From Clostridia bacterium (GTDB taxonomy: Bacteria > Bacillota > Clostridia > Oscillospirales > CAG-272), in NCBI GenBank assembly GCA_017467165.1, contig JAFTST010000051.1:11952-75951 (forward strand): a stretch of 64,000 nt of DNA, written 5' to 3'. Position numbers and translations under genes: made by a program. Below, piece by piece: positions 33,518-43,852 of the stretch (within the stretch, counting starts at the first letter, position 1; every line of letters begins with the position of its first letter). A model generated the notes under the pieces. The model was not told the DNA's origin. It saw only the letters and a program-made list of their open reading frames with translations, and did not search any database.

Positions 33518-35125
33518 ATGGCAAAGAAAATCGGAATTGACCTTGGTACCACATATTCCTGCGTGAGCTACGTAGACGAAATGGGTATCGTCAGAATCCT
33601 CGACAACAGAGAGGGCGAGCAGACCACTCCCTCGGTTGTATTTTTCGAGGAGGACGGCAGAGCAGTAGTTGGATCTACTGCAAGAGACGCGGGCGCTATG
33701 AACCCTGAGAGAATCGTTGAGAGAGTTAAAAACTACATGGGTGACGCTGACTACCGCTTCTACGCTAACGGTAAGGAGTACTCTGCGGCGGCAGTTTCCT
33801 CTCTTATCCTGAAGAAGCTTATCGAGGACGCTGAGCTTGCTCTCGGCGACGAGATCGAGGGCGCGGTTATCACCTGTCCCGCATACTTCGGCGACGGCGC
33901 GAAGTACGCTACCAGAGCGGCAGGCGAGAACGTAGTTCTCTCCAACGGACAGAACCTCCAGGTTCTCCGTATCCTTGACGAGCCTACCTCCGCGGCTATC
34001 GCATACTGCAACTCCAAGCACGAGGATATGGACAAGACCGTTCTTATCTACGACCTTGGCGGCGGTACCTTCGACTGCACGGTTATGAAGATAACCATCA
34101 ACGGCGACGAGAAGGTCAGACAGGCTATCACCACCGGCGGTAACCACCAGCTCGGCGGTAAGGACTGGGATGCGGCTCTGGCTGAGATAGTCAGAAGCAA
34201 GTTCTGCGACGCTACCGGCGCTGACGAAAACGAGATGATGGCTGACCCCGAGTGCATCGCTTGGTTCAGCGAGAACATCGAGAAGGCTAAGAAGAACCTC
34301 ACTTCCAGAGAGTCCACCACCCTCACCCTCAACTGGGGCGGCTACAAGGAGAGAATCGAGGTTACCCGCGAGGAGTTCGAGGAAGCAACCGCTCCCCTTC
34401 TTGACCAGACTATACTTCTTGTCAACGATATGTTCGAGAAGAAGGGAATGAACGTTATCAGCGATATCGACGAGATTATCCTCGTCGGCGGTTCTACCTA
34501 CATGCCTCAGGTTACCAACAGACTCAACGCAGAGTACAACAAGCCCCTCACCAGCTACGAGCCCAACAAGGCAGTTGCAATGGGCGCGGCTATCGTTGCA
34601 AGCGAGTGGACCGAGCAGCAGGAGGCACCCCTTCCCATCGGCTTTGGCGGAGCAGGCGACGAGCAGCAGGAGACCCCCGTCGTTACCGACGCTATTCTTT
34701 CCAAGAGCTACGGTCTTCGTATCGTGAGCGGCGGCGAGTACAAGGTTCTCAACCTCGTATATAAGGACAGCCCCAAGCCCTGCGCAGGCAACTCCGCAGA
34801 CGCAGGTCAGCCCCTCGTTATCACCAACAGCGCAGACCTCGTTGATGAGGTTCCGATTCTCGTCCTTGAGAACACCAGCTTCGAGAGAATTATCTCTCTT
34901 GACGAGTGTGACCCCGTATTCGTAGAGGAGCCCATCAAGTTTGACGGCGCAGTTCCCGGAAATAACGCGGTATCCGTTGAGATAGCGGTTGATATCGACG
35001 GTATAGTTACCCTTTCTCTTACCGACCTCGTTACCGGAAGAACCTATCAGATGAGACCCAAGAGAAAGCTCGACGACGTAGTTTCCATCGGTATGGCAGA
35101 CGCTCAGAGCACCTCTCTGATGTAA
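33518..35125 (+). CDS. Hsp70-family ATPase, short form lacking the alpha-helical lid (paralog 1)
   Basis: Contains GIDLGTTYS (phosphate 1), IYDLGGGTFD (phosphate 2) and ILVGGSTYMPQ (adenosine motif). At 535 aa it is shorter than the roughly 610-640 aa of DnaK. The C-terminus keeps only a beta-rich segment. Confidence 0.9.
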   Translation: MAKKIGIDLGTTYSCVSYVDEMGIVRILDNREGEQTTPSVVFFEEDGRAVVGSTARDAGAMNPERIVERVKNYMGDADYRFYANGKEYSAAAVSSLILKKLIEDAELALGDEIEGAVITCPAYFGDGAKYATRAAGENVVLSNGQNLQVLRILDEPTSAAIAYCNSKHEDMDKTVLIYDLGGGTFDCTVMKITINGDEKVRQAITTGGNHQLGGKDWDAALAEIVRSKFCDATGADENEMMADPECIAWFSENIEKAKKNLTSRESTTLTLNWGGYKERIEVTREEFEEATAPLLDQTILLVNDMFEKKGMNVISDIDEIILVGGSTYMPQVTNRLNAEYNKPLTSYEPNKAVAMGAAIVASEWTEQQEAPLPIGFGGAGDEQQETPVVTDAILSKSYGLRIVSGGEYKVLNLVYKDSPKPCAGNSADAGQPLVITNSADLVDEVPILVLENTSFERIISLDECDPVFVEEPIKFDGAVPGNNAVSVEIAVDIDGIVTLSLTDLVTGRTYQMRPKRKLDDVVSIGMADAQSTSLM

Positions 35126-35497
35126 AATCACCCAAGGGTGAGAAAACTCCCACCGCCGAGAAATCGGCGGTGGGTATAAAAAGAAAATGACACCAGGGCT
35201 CTGTCGGAAAAACGCGGACAGACGCCTGTGGCAAGGATATACGACCGGGAAAAAGCACTTGAAAATAAGAGTGACAGGGCGCCCCCGGCGAGCCCTGCGA
35301 GCCGTCACGGCTCGGAATAAAGGCGGGATGCGGTGGAAAAACGGCTCACCGCGAAATACAGGTCGCGGCGCGCAGAGGTCAAAGGGCTGTGAGATGCCGC
35401 GGGAATGACTTTCCTGAGGGAATAAAGATGCTTCTGACCTTTCGGAAAATGATAAATTGAAAGCAACAGCCCCGAGAGGGACTTAAAGGAGATATAT

Positions 35498-37096
35498 ATG
35501 GCGAAAAGAGTAGGAATAGATTTAGGTACGTCCAACTCCTGTGTCAGCTACGTCGACGGTAGGGGAATAGTCAGAATCCTCGACAACAGCGAGGGCGAGC
35601 AGACTACTCCATCTGTCGTTTTCTTCGAGAAGAACGGCAGAGCGGTCATAGGAAAAAGCGCGCGAAGCGCGGGCGCGCTCGAGCCCGAGAGAGTGGCAGA
35701 GCGAGCTAAGGAGCATATAGGCGACGCGGATTATTGCTTCGAGGTGAATAACAGAGAGTATTCTGCCGCGGCGATATCCTCGCTGATAATCAAAAAGCTG
35801 GTTGAGGACGCGGAGGCGGCGCTCGGCGAGGAGATAGAGGGCGCGGTTATCACCTGCCCCGCATACTTCGGCGACGGAGCGAAGTACGCCACGAGAGTAG
35901 CGGGAGAAAACGTTACCCTCTCGGGCGGCAGAAGCCTTAACGTGCTCAGAATTCTCGACGAAACCACCGCGTCGGCTATCGCGTACTGCGACGCCATACA
36001 CACCGACGTTTCCAAGACCGCGCTTATCTACGACCTTGGCGGCGGTACCTTTGACTGCACCGTTATGAAAATAGACGTGCGCGGCGAGGAGAAGAAAAGA
36101 CAGGCTATCACCACCGGCGGCGAGCACGGACTCGGCGGCAAGGATTGGGACGCGGCTCTCGAAAAAATAATCAGAGAAAAGCTCTGCGAGAGTATGCAGA
36201 TTGACGCAGACTATCTCTCCGAGGACCCCGAGTACTCCGAGTGGATATGCGAAAACCTTGAAAAGATAAAGAAAATGCTCACCACCAAGGATATGGCGGT
36301 GATATCGGTTGACTGCGAGGAGGGCAGGTGCGTCGTGGACGTCACCCGCGCCGAGTTTGAAGAGGCAACTCAGCATCTGCTCGCGAGAACCGTACATATA
36401 ATAGACGATATGCTCGAAAAAAGAGGGCTTGATGCCGAGAGGGATATAGATGAGATTATCCTCGTCGGCGGAGCGTCGAGAATGCCTCAGATAAAAAGAG
36501 CGCTCACCGAAAAATACAAAAAGCCCATAACCCCCTTCGAGCTTGACCGCGCGGTTGCTCTGGGAGCGGCGATAGTCGCAGAGAGCTACTCTACCAAGAA
36601 AGAGGCCGCGCTTGCCTTTGGAGCGGCGGCGCTACATTCGAGCGAAATGAAGGCAACCGACAGTATTCTCTCAAAGAGCTACGGCATCCGTATCGTCAGC
36701 GGAGGAGAGTACAAGGTTCTCAACCTGCTCTACAAGGACACTCCGAAGCCCGCCAGAGGCGACTCGAAGTCGGCGGGAATTGAGCTTCGTCTTTCCAACA
36801 ACTACGGCTACGTTTCGGAGGCGCCGATACTCGTGCTCGAAAACACGAGCAGGGAAACGCTGGTGCCCATATCCGAGTGCGACCCCGTGTTCGTCGAGGA
36901 GCCTATCCGCTTCGGCGGCTCGGTGTTCGGAAAGAACAAGGTTTCCATCGAGATTGCCGTGGATATTGACGGCATAGTTACCCTGTCCTTGAAGGACCTC
37001 GACGTTTCACATTCCTTCAAGATGCGCCCGACAAGAAAGCTCGACAGCGTTATTGACCTCGGAATGGAGGAGGCGCAGAGCATCACCCTGGCATAA
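35498..37096 (+). CDS. Hsp70-family ATPase, short form lacking the alpha-helical lid (paralog 2)
   Basis: Contains GIDLGTSNS, IYDLGGGTFD and ILVGGASRMPQ. It aligns along its whole length with paralog 1, with long identical runs such as IEGAVITCPAYFGDGAKYATR and LIYDLGGGTFDCTVMKI. Confidence 0.9.
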   Translation: MAKRVGIDLGTSNSCVSYVDGRGIVRILDNSEGEQTTPSVVFFEKNGRAVIGKSARSAGALEPERVAERAKEHIGDADYCFEVNNREYSAAAISSLIIKKLVEDAEAALGEEIEGAVITCPAYFGDGAKYATRVAGENVTLSGGRSLNVLRILDETTASAIAYCDAIHTDVSKTALIYDLGGGTFDCTVMKIDVRGEEKKRQAITTGGEHGLGGKDWDAALEKIIREKLCESMQIDADYLSEDPEYSEWICENLEKIKKMLTTKDMAVISVDCEEGRCVVDVTRAEFEEATQHLLARTVHIIDDMLEKRGLDAERDIDEIILVGGASRMPQIKRALTEKYKKPITPFELDRAVALGAAIVAESYSTKKEAALAFGAAALHSSEMKATDSILSKSYGIRIVSGGEYKVLNLLYKDTPKPARGDSKSAGIELRLSNNYGYVSEAPILVLENTSRETLVPISECDPVFVEEPIRFGGSVFGKNKVSIEIAVDIDGIVTLSLKDLDVSHSFKMRPTRKLDSVIDLGMEEAQSITLA

Positions 37097-37218
37097 CCGA
37101 TGAAGGGCTGCCGCGCGGCAGAAAAGAGCTTTCGCGCGGGGTGGGGTCACTACAGCCCGAAGAAACAGTCAAAAAAATAAAAAACATATAGGCTCGTATG
37201 AGCCAAAAGGAGACGAAA

Positions 37219-39324
37219 ATGGCAAAGATTAACGTTGGTATCGACCTTGGCACAACCTATTCTGCGGTTGCGACCTTCTCCAAGGAGGAGGGAAAGGTTA
37301 AGCTTCTCAAAAACAGCTACGGCAAGGAGTTCACTCCCTCTGTTCTGTGGATTGAGAACGGCAAGGTATCCATCGGTGAGGACGCGAAGGCAGAGCAGAA
37401 GGCGGGAAATACCAGCACGGTAGCCTTCTACAAGAGTATGATGGGTGACGATAACTATCGCGCCTACATCGACGGCAAGGAATACTCCGCTATGGAGCTT
37501 TCCACTATGTATCTTCGTGAGCTCAAGGCGGAGATTGAGAGAGAAAACGGCGTACAGATCGGCGGCGCGGTTATCACCGTACCCGCATACTTCAACGAAA
37601 AGCAGAGAAATCAGACAAGACTCGCAGGAGAGAAGGCGGGCTTCAAGGTATTCATGCTTCTCAACGAGCCCACCTCGGCTATTATCGCCTACGGTCTGAC
37701 GGGCGGCGGAAAGAAAAACGTGCTCGTCTATGACCTTGGAGGAGGTACCTTCGACGTTACCGTAGCGGAGGTTAACGGAACTGCCATCAACGTTCTCGCT
37801 ACCAACGGTAACCACCAGCTCGGCGGCAAGGACTGGGACCAGGCGCTTCTTGACGAGATTGTTGACAGATTCAGATACGAGCACGGAGTGGATATCAAGT
37901 ATTATCCCAACGAGCTCTCCGAGCTTCAGGTAAAGTGCGAGGACGCTAAGAAAAAGCTCTCCAGCCTTTCCTCCACCACCATCTCCATCGTCTGCGACGG
38001 CGTAACCGGCAGATTTGACGTCACCCGCGAGGAGTTTGACGAAAAGACCTCCGGTCTTCTCAACGAGACCTACCTGCTTATCAACGATACCTTCAACGAG
38101 ATTGGCGCGGCAAGAGGAACCTCCTTCGGCTGGGCTGATATCGACGAGGTTGTTCTCGTCGGCGGCTCTACCAGAATGCCTCAGGTAAGAGATATGATAG
38201 TCGCAGAGTACGGCAGAGCTCCCATCACCAAGGATATCAACGTAGATACCATCGTAGCATCCGGCGCGGCAATGCAGGCTGAGCTCTGTGTCAGCAGCAC
38301 CATCTGCCTGACCGTAGTCGACAAGAAGGCTACCCAGGCAACGGGAAAAACTCAGGTTGCTACCCTTACCATATCCAACGCGGATATCAAGGATATCACC
38401 GCGCACAGCCTCGGTATGCTCGCTATGGCGGCAGACGAAAAGAGCTATGTCAACAGTATAATTATCCCCAAGAACAGCAACGTCAACGTTCCCTTCGCCA
38501 AGGATTTCGTCTTCGGCGGCAAGAAGCTTGACGTCTACGTCCTTCAGGGCGAGTCGAGAGACCCCCATCAGACCGCTATCATAGGCAGATATGAGATTAC
38601 CGGTATGAAGGGCGATAAGAAGGAAAATATCACCGTCACCTTCCTCTACAACTCCGACGGAGTAGTCGAGGTTACCGCCCGTATCAAGGGAGGAGCCGAG
38701 CTTCGCGTCGAGAGAAAGGACGTAGCGGAGGATATGACCGATATAATCAACCGTCTCAAGAAGGAGGCGGACGAGGCCAAGAATGCAAGAAAGGTCGAAA
38801 TCACCGTTATCATCGACGTATCGGGAAGTATGAGCGGCGACAGAATCGAGAAGGCTCGTCAGGCGGCTCGCGGCTTCGTTGACGACGTTCTGAAGATTCC
38901 CGGAGCTACCATTTCTCTTATCGGATTCGCAGACAGCGAGCAGTATGCCTGCAAGAAGTCTAGAGATAAGCAGGCTCTCTACGATGCTATCGCGGGCATC
39001 TGGAACCTTCCCGTAGGCGGCGGCACCAGCGGTAAGCCCATCGCATACTGCTACCGTGACTATGACAGAGACGCGGCTAAGGTAATGATAGTCCTCACCG
39101 ACGGATATTGGGGCAACCAGTCCTCCGAGATTTCCGCATCCGACGCGGCAAAGGCAGAGGGCATCATAATCTACGGTATAGGCATCGGCGAGGCAGACCA
39201 GACATTCCTTGATCGCATCTCCAGCGGCAAGGGCAAGAAGGTTGACCTCTCCAACCTCGGCGGCGCGTTCCGTGAGGTTGCCAGCAGCATCGCTACCGAG
39301 ACGGGCAACGGCTCGCTTATCTAA
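37219..39324 (+). CDS. Hsp70-family ATPase fused to a C-terminal von Willebrand factor A (vWA) domain
   Basis: I chose the start at MAKINVGIDLGTTYSAV because an AAGGAGA RBS precedes it. DLGGGTFD and LVGGSTRMPQ are present. The C-terminal part (roughly 38790-39324) has the MIDAS motif IIDVSGSMSGD plus LTDGYW and IYGIGIG. Confidence 0.9.
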   Translation: MAKINVGIDLGTTYSAVATFSKEEGKVKLLKNSYGKEFTPSVLWIENGKVSIGEDAKAEQKAGNTSTVAFYKSMMGDDNYRAYIDGKEYSAMELSTMYLRELKAEIERENGVQIGGAVITVPAYFNEKQRNQTRLAGEKAGFKVFMLLNEPTSAIIAYGLTGGGKKNVLVYDLGGGTFDVTVAEVNGTAINVLATNGNHQLGGKDWDQALLDEIVDRFRYEHGVDIKYYPNELSELQVKCEDAKKKLSSLSSTTISIVCDGVTGRFDVTREEFDEKTSGLLNETYLLINDTFNEIGAARGTSFGWADIDEVVLVGGSTRMPQVRDMIVAEYGRAPITKDINVDTIVASGAAMQAELCVSSTICLTVVDKKATQATGKTQVATLTISNADIKDITAHSLGMLAMAADEKSYVNSIIIPKNSNVNVPFAKDFVFGGKKLDVYVLQGESRDPHQTAIIGRYEITGMKGDKKENITVTFLYNSDGVVEVTARIKGGAELRVERKDVAEDMTDIINRLKKEADEAKNARKVEITVIIDVSGSMSGDRIEKARQAARGFVDDVLKIPGATISLIGFADSEQYACKKSRDKQALYDAIAGIWNLPVGGGTSGKPIAYCYRDYDRDAAKVMIVLTDGYWGNQSSEISASDAAKAEGIIIYGIGIGEADQTFLDRISSGKGKKVDLSNLGGAFREVASSIATETGNGSLI

Positions 39325-39471
39325 GACATATTCGGGAATGGAATAACCCATTTTCAAAAGCCGACGCTTCGATGCGTTGAAAAAACAATTCAAGCCACGG
39401 GCTGTGACGGATTTTTCCCAAGGATTTCGCATCATAGCCCGATGCATAACGTCTGACTGAAAGGTATAAAA

Positions 39472-42400
39472 ATGGCAGTTGTAAGGACACCTGACGAATT
39501 AAAAAATCCGGATTTTAACTATTATCTGGCGTTCCAGATAGACCCCAAGGAAAGAGATTCAAAGAAAATAGATGAAAAGCTGCGTACCAGACTCGGTAAC
39601 GCGGGCGGCTCGCTTATGACAAGAAGATACAACGAGCTCCGTACCGATATAATCGAGATAATGGTCAACGACTCCATATACGACGCCCAGAAGGACAGCT
39701 ATATTCAGGGCAAGGGCGGAAGAGCGAAGGAGCTAGCGGCGGCTAAGAAGTTCAAGCTCGACGAGGCAAGAGAACTCGCAGAGGACAGATGCAAGAAGAA
39801 CAAGGTTGTTCTTCGCTCGCAGCTTGACGATATATATAACGCTATCAACAGACAGTCGGTATACTTCACCAAGGATGAGTATAACGCCGAAATAAAATAT
39901 CTCGAGCAGCAGACCACTATCATAGAAGACGACTCCAAGGAGATACCCTTTGGCCAGTATGAAAAGCTGGACGATTATCTGACTACGCTCGGATATGAAA
40001 ACGTGTTCGCCTTTCTTTCTTCATCAGGCTCGACAATCACCGAAAAGAGCCCGCCCGACGAGATAAAGAAGGCGAAGGACGCCGTCTACTCCTTGGGAAA
40101 CAAGACTGCCGATATGAAGAAAAAGCAGGCGACGAGCAACCTGTGCGGTATCGTCGAAACCATAATGGTCAAGGACCCCAAGGGCGCTCGTACCTACTCC
40201 AACTATCTCGCTACGCGCGGCGTGGTATGGGATAAGATGGCTCACAAGAAGAGGGTCGGACTCACGGATATGACTCTCGACGAGTTCACAGGCTTCGTTC
40301 AGGAGATAATGGGTATCCTCGGGCTTTCGCTTGCCGAGGCTCAGAAAATGCTCGCTATCGGCTGCAGATACTTCCGCGTGGTGCTGGTAGACGTTACCCC
40401 GGGACAGAAGGAGGACTACCTCGTTGAGTGTCCCTACGACGACTGCGGCAGAGTGTTCAAGAAGGGGCTCAAGATTTGTCCCCACTGTAACCGCTCCATA
40501 GAAGCGCCCTGCTGGAACTGCGGAACGCTCATCAATCTTAACGCGGCGAAGAAGGGCTGCTCCGCTTGCGGAGCGACCACCGGCTCAAGAGCCATACTCG
40601 AGAGAAAGTGCTCGGAGCTTGACAGCCTTTTGGTCAAGACCGACGTTTCGGTTCCCGACCTCAAGTCCAAGCTCCAGGAAATCAAGGGAGTTGTGCCCGG
40701 CTACGAAAAGCACAGGAACTCCGAGGTAATGAGAAGAGTTACCAGGTACGAGGCGTCCGTGCAGAGCCGAGTCAAGCTTGAGGAAAACACAGGCAACGCA
40801 TACAGGGCGGAGGTCGATAAAGTCCGCACACTCGTCGGAGAAAAGAAATATCAGACCGCCTACCAGATGGCAAGGGGTCTTAAATCAAAGTACAGCTCGT
40901 ACAATACTCAGAACACCGATAAGCTCATAGCGGATATCAAGAAGGTGGTCGACGTTGCCGACAGGCATATGGAGCAGGCGAAGCAGGCAATGCTCCGCGG
41001 TGACGAAAGGAACGCTATTGAGTACGCTATCAAGGTCAATGAGCTCTGTTCTGACTACAGCGATACAAGACTTATTTTCCTTAAATTTCCCCCGAAGACT
41101 CCCGTCGGAATCAGAGCCGCTCTTGAGGGCGAGAAGGTTCGCATAGAGTGGGCAGAGGGAGCAAAGCAGGATTATATCACCTACACTGTTATCAAGAAAA
41201 ACGGCGTTCCCCCGTCATCTGCCGACGACGGCTCGGTGCTCGAGGGAGGAATATCCATTCGCTACGCCGAGGACAAAAATATCGTTTCCGCCGTACCCTA
41301 CTACTACGCGGTATACGCGGAGCGCTTCGGAATAAAGTCATCCCTGTCTATAACTCCCACACCCGTGTCGATATTCAAGGAGGTAGAGGACGCTGAGCAG
41401 CTGTTCCTCACTCCGGGTATAAAGGTTACCTGGCGTCCTCCCCAGAACGTCGCCTCGGTTGAGGTCTGGAAAAAGCAGGGCGTAGTCGCTCCCATAAAGG
41501 CAGGCGACGGTGTCAAGGTTCCCACAGACGGAAAGAGCTTCTACGATGAGAAGGCAGTCGGAGAAAACTCCTACCTGATTATATGCAACTACAGGGTTGG
41601 CACTCAGGCAGTTCAGTCCAAGGGTATAAGGCTCGTTCTGAAGCCCTTCGAGAACATAGCCCCCGTTACCTCCGCGAGTTTTTCGCACGTAGGGGATAAC
41701 AAATTCGCCTTCACCTCCGACCCCGTCAAAACGGGCAACGTATATCTCTACTTCTCGCCCACCAAGCCCTCGATACAGTATTCGGTTGCGCAGAGATTTA
41801 TCGATTTCGGCACCGTTTGTCCCGGATTTTCGAGGCTGACGGCTACCACGGGCGCAGACGGAGCGCTGAGGGTTATAGTTCCCAGAGAGAAAATCGGCTA
41901 CGTCTATCCCATAGTGATGACAGACCAGCTCTTCGTGGTTTCCGAGCCCTTCGCGGTAAATACCCTTTCGGGTATCAAGGACCTTCAGTATTCCTTCGCG
42001 GCCAACAGAGGCGTGGTTACCGTCGAGGGCAAGCTTCACCCATCGGCGAAGAATATCGTGGCGAAGATAAGCCATAAGGACTTCCCCGAAACGATGGAGA
42101 GCGAGGGAGAAAACTTCACCTTCACCGCCGACGACTTCAAGCAGGACGGAAGAATAGAGATAAACCTCCGCACCAACACGATAAACTACATAACCCTTTT
42201 CGTAGAGTTCTACGAAAACGGAAGCACGACCTACTCGCTCCCCGTCACTCTTGATACTCCCATAGATTACAGAGAAACGGTAAGGGTGAAGTACTGTATC
42301 AACTACAAGACCTCAGCTGTCAAAAAGTTCGACGTGGTTATCACCTACGAGGCGACCGAGGCGGTTACCATTCCCTCGGTGGTGCTGGTGAAGGGTGACC

Positions 42401-42597
42401 CCATACCCCTCAGAAAGAGCGCGGGAGAGCTCTGCGAAAGGCTCGACCCCGTAGACCTCGATTATAGCTTCATCTCGAAGAAGTATAAGAAAAAGGTTAC
42501 GGTGAAGGTTGACCCTGTCAGAACGGGAATGAAGTTTGAGATTTTCCCGAGCGCCGAGGGCGGACACGTCAAGCTTATCGCGGTCGATAAGCTCTGA
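39472..42597 (+). CDS. Large (1041 aa) protein with a central double zinc ribbon and C-terminal beta-rich (Fn3/Ig-like) modules
   Basis: The Cys clusters CPYDDCG...CPHCN...CWNCG...CSACG lie at roughly 40425-40575. Two segments have an Fn3-like pattern (VRIEWAEGAKQDYITYTVIKK..YYYAVYA; IKVTWRPPQNVASVEVWKK..SYLIICNY). I do not recognise an enzymatic motif. Confidence 0.8.
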   Translation: MAVVRTPDELKNPDFNYYLAFQIDPKERDSKKIDEKLRTRLGNAGGSLMTRRYNELRTDIIEIMVNDSIYDAQKDSYIQGKGGRAKELAAAKKFKLDEARELAEDRCKKNKVVLRSQLDDIYNAINRQSVYFTKDEYNAEIKYLEQQTTIIEDDSKEIPFGQYEKLDDYLTTLGYENVFAFLSSSGSTITEKSPPDEIKKAKDAVYSLGNKTADMKKKQATSNLCGIVETIMVKDPKGARTYSNYLATRGVVWDKMAHKKRVGLTDMTLDEFTGFVQEIMGILGLSLAEAQKMLAIGCRYFRVVLVDVTPGQKEDYLVECPYDDCGRVFKKGLKICPHCNRSIEAPCWNCGTLINLNAAKKGCSACGATTGSRAILERKCSELDSLLVKTDVSVPDLKSKLQEIKGVVPGYEKHRNSEVMRRVTRYEASVQSRVKLEENTGNAYRAEVDKVRTLVGEKKYQTAYQMARGLKSKYSSYNTQNTDKLIADIKKVVDVADRHMEQAKQAMLRGDERNAIEYAIKVNELCSDYSDTRLIFLKFPPKTPVGIRAALEGEKVRIEWAEGAKQDYITYTVIKKNGVPPSSADDGSVLEGGISIRYAEDKNIVSAVPYYYAVYAERFGIKSSLSITPTPVSIFKEVEDAEQLFLTPGIKVTWRPPQNVASVEVWKKQGVVAPIKAGDGVKVPTDGKSFYDEKAVGENSYLIICNYRVGTQAVQSKGIRLVLKPFENIAPVTSASFSHVGDNKFAFTSDPVKTGNVYLYFSPTKPSIQYSVAQRFIDFGTVCPGFSRLTATTGADGALRVIVPREKIGYVYPIVMTDQLFVVSEPFAVNTLSGIKDLQYSFAANRGVVTVEGKLHPSAKNIVAKISHKDFPETMESEGENFTFTADDFKQDGRIEINLRTNTINYITLFVEFYENGSTTYSLPVTLDTPIDYRETVRVKYCINYKTSAVKKFDVVITYEATEAVTIPSVVLVKGDPIPLRKSAGELCERLDPVDLDYSFISKKYKKKVTVKVDPVRTGMKFEIFPSAEGGHVKLIAVDKL

Positions 42598-42685
42598 TGA
42601 CTTTGAGAATAAGTAACACTTCAGCAGAGTAAAATGAAACAGGCAGGGCGCCACGCGGGCGCCCAAGCCAAAAGGAGATTTAAAA

Positions 42686-43837
42686 ATGAGCAAGTTCACC
42701 TGCCCGTACTGCTACCGGATCCACGAGGAAAAGACCTGCGGCGTCAAGTGCTCCTATCGCAACCACAGAAACGTGATGGAAACCTGTGTCGACGCATCAA
42801 AGCCCGGCTTCGTTGACAGGAAGGACCAGTACGGATATATACTTCCGCAGTTCAGAAAGACCTGCGCTAAATGTAAGTCGGCGGGAATGAAATACTACTG
42901 CAACGTAGCTAACAAGGAAATCCCCCGCGACTTCCTCAACGGCCCCAGCTTTTCGGTAGCTATACTCGGAGCGAAGGCGTCGGGAAAGTCGAATTACATA
43001 GGCGTTCTTATCAACTCTATCAAAAACGAGATGTCCAAGAGCTTTAACTGTATTCTAAATACAGCGGCGAGCGAGGAGTCCTGGGACCAGTACAACAACC
43101 ACTACTACGAGCCCCTTTTCAATCAGAAGGTAGTTATTCCCGCTACGGCTAACGATATTCTGCCTCCTATGATATTCCCCCTTCGCTTCCTCGAGTCGAA
43201 GATGTTCAACAAGAATCAGTACAAGGTCGACAAGGTTGCCGCCCTGACCTTCTACGACACCGCGGGAGAGAAGCTTAACTCCACGGACACGATGCTGGCA
43301 GAGAACCAGTACATCACCAACGCTAACGGCATTATTCTTCTGCTCGACCCGCTTCAGGTTCCCTCTGTCAGAGAGCAGCTCCGCGGAAAGATGCAGCTCC
43401 CCGCGCAGAACTCGGATACCGCCGAGGTTCTGGCGAAGATTATTGAGACCATAAGAATGGTGAATAAGGTCAGAGGAATAATAGATATTCCCATCGCGCT
43501 CGTATTCACTAAAATAGACGTGCTTGAAAAGTTTGACCTTCTCAGAGAGAACAGCGTTCTGTATCAGGAGTCGGAGCATCTGGCGAGAGGTATTTTCGTC
43601 AAGGATGACTTCAACGCGGTTAACCGCGAGATGCGCGCACTGATAGACAACTGGGTGGACAGCGACCTGTCACAGCAGCTCAAAAACTTCAAGACTGTCG
43701 CTATGTTCGGCGTTTCGGCGCTTGGCGGAATTCCCGTCGGCGCAAAGCTTGAGGCGGGTAAGATAACCCCCCGCCGTGTGCTTGATCCTCTCCTGTGGCT
43801 GTTCGCAGAGAAGAAGTACATCAAAACCGATAGATAA
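42686..43837 (+). CDS. Zinc-ribbon-fused P-loop GTPase (soluble; TRAFAC-type motifs)
   Basis: N-terminal CPYC...CGVKC...CAKC...YYC. GTPase motifs are G1 GAKASGKS, G3 YDTAGE, G4 FTKID and G5-like VSALG. An AAGGAGA RBS is present. Confidence 0.85.
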   Translation: MSKFTCPYCYRIHEEKTCGVKCSYRNHRNVMETCVDASKPGFVDRKDQYGYILPQFRKTCAKCKSAGMKYYCNVANKEIPRDFLNGPSFSVAILGAKASGKSNYIGVLINSIKNEMSKSFNCILNTAASEESWDQYNNHYYEPLFNQKVVIPATANDILPPMIFPLRFLESKMFNKNQYKVDKVAALTFYDTAGEKLNSTDTMLAENQYITNANGIILLLDPLQVPSVREQLRGKMQLPAQNSDTAEVLAKIIETIRMVNKVRGIIDIPIALVFTKIDVLEKFDLLRENSVLYQESEHLARGIFVKDDFNAVNREMRALIDNWVDSDLSQQLKNFKTVAMFGVSALGGIPVGAKLEAGKITPRRVLDPLLWLFAEKKYIKTDR

Positions 43838-43852
43838 TTATAGGAGGATAAT

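Noticed and set aside
33464-35308. A 614-aa ORF on the minus strand opposite the first Hsp70 gene. Similar long antisense ORFs occur at 37150..39447, 45389..47119, 11605..13044, 13363..14514 and 32276..33328.
   Set aside because: Each lies fully antisense to a gene with unmistakable conserved motifs (Hsp70, gyrA and others). Their products are low-complexity and rich in Leu, Val, Gly, Arg and Ser, and they lack RBSs. These are typical shadow ORFs of moderately GC-rich coding DNA.
39472-39620. A J-domain at the N-terminus of the 1041-aa protein (NYYLAFQIDPKERDSKKIDEKLRTRL resembles helix I-II of DnaJ).
   Set aside because: No HPD tripeptide follows, and the resemblance is limited to a short stretch. 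I cannot support a J-domain call from the sequence alone.
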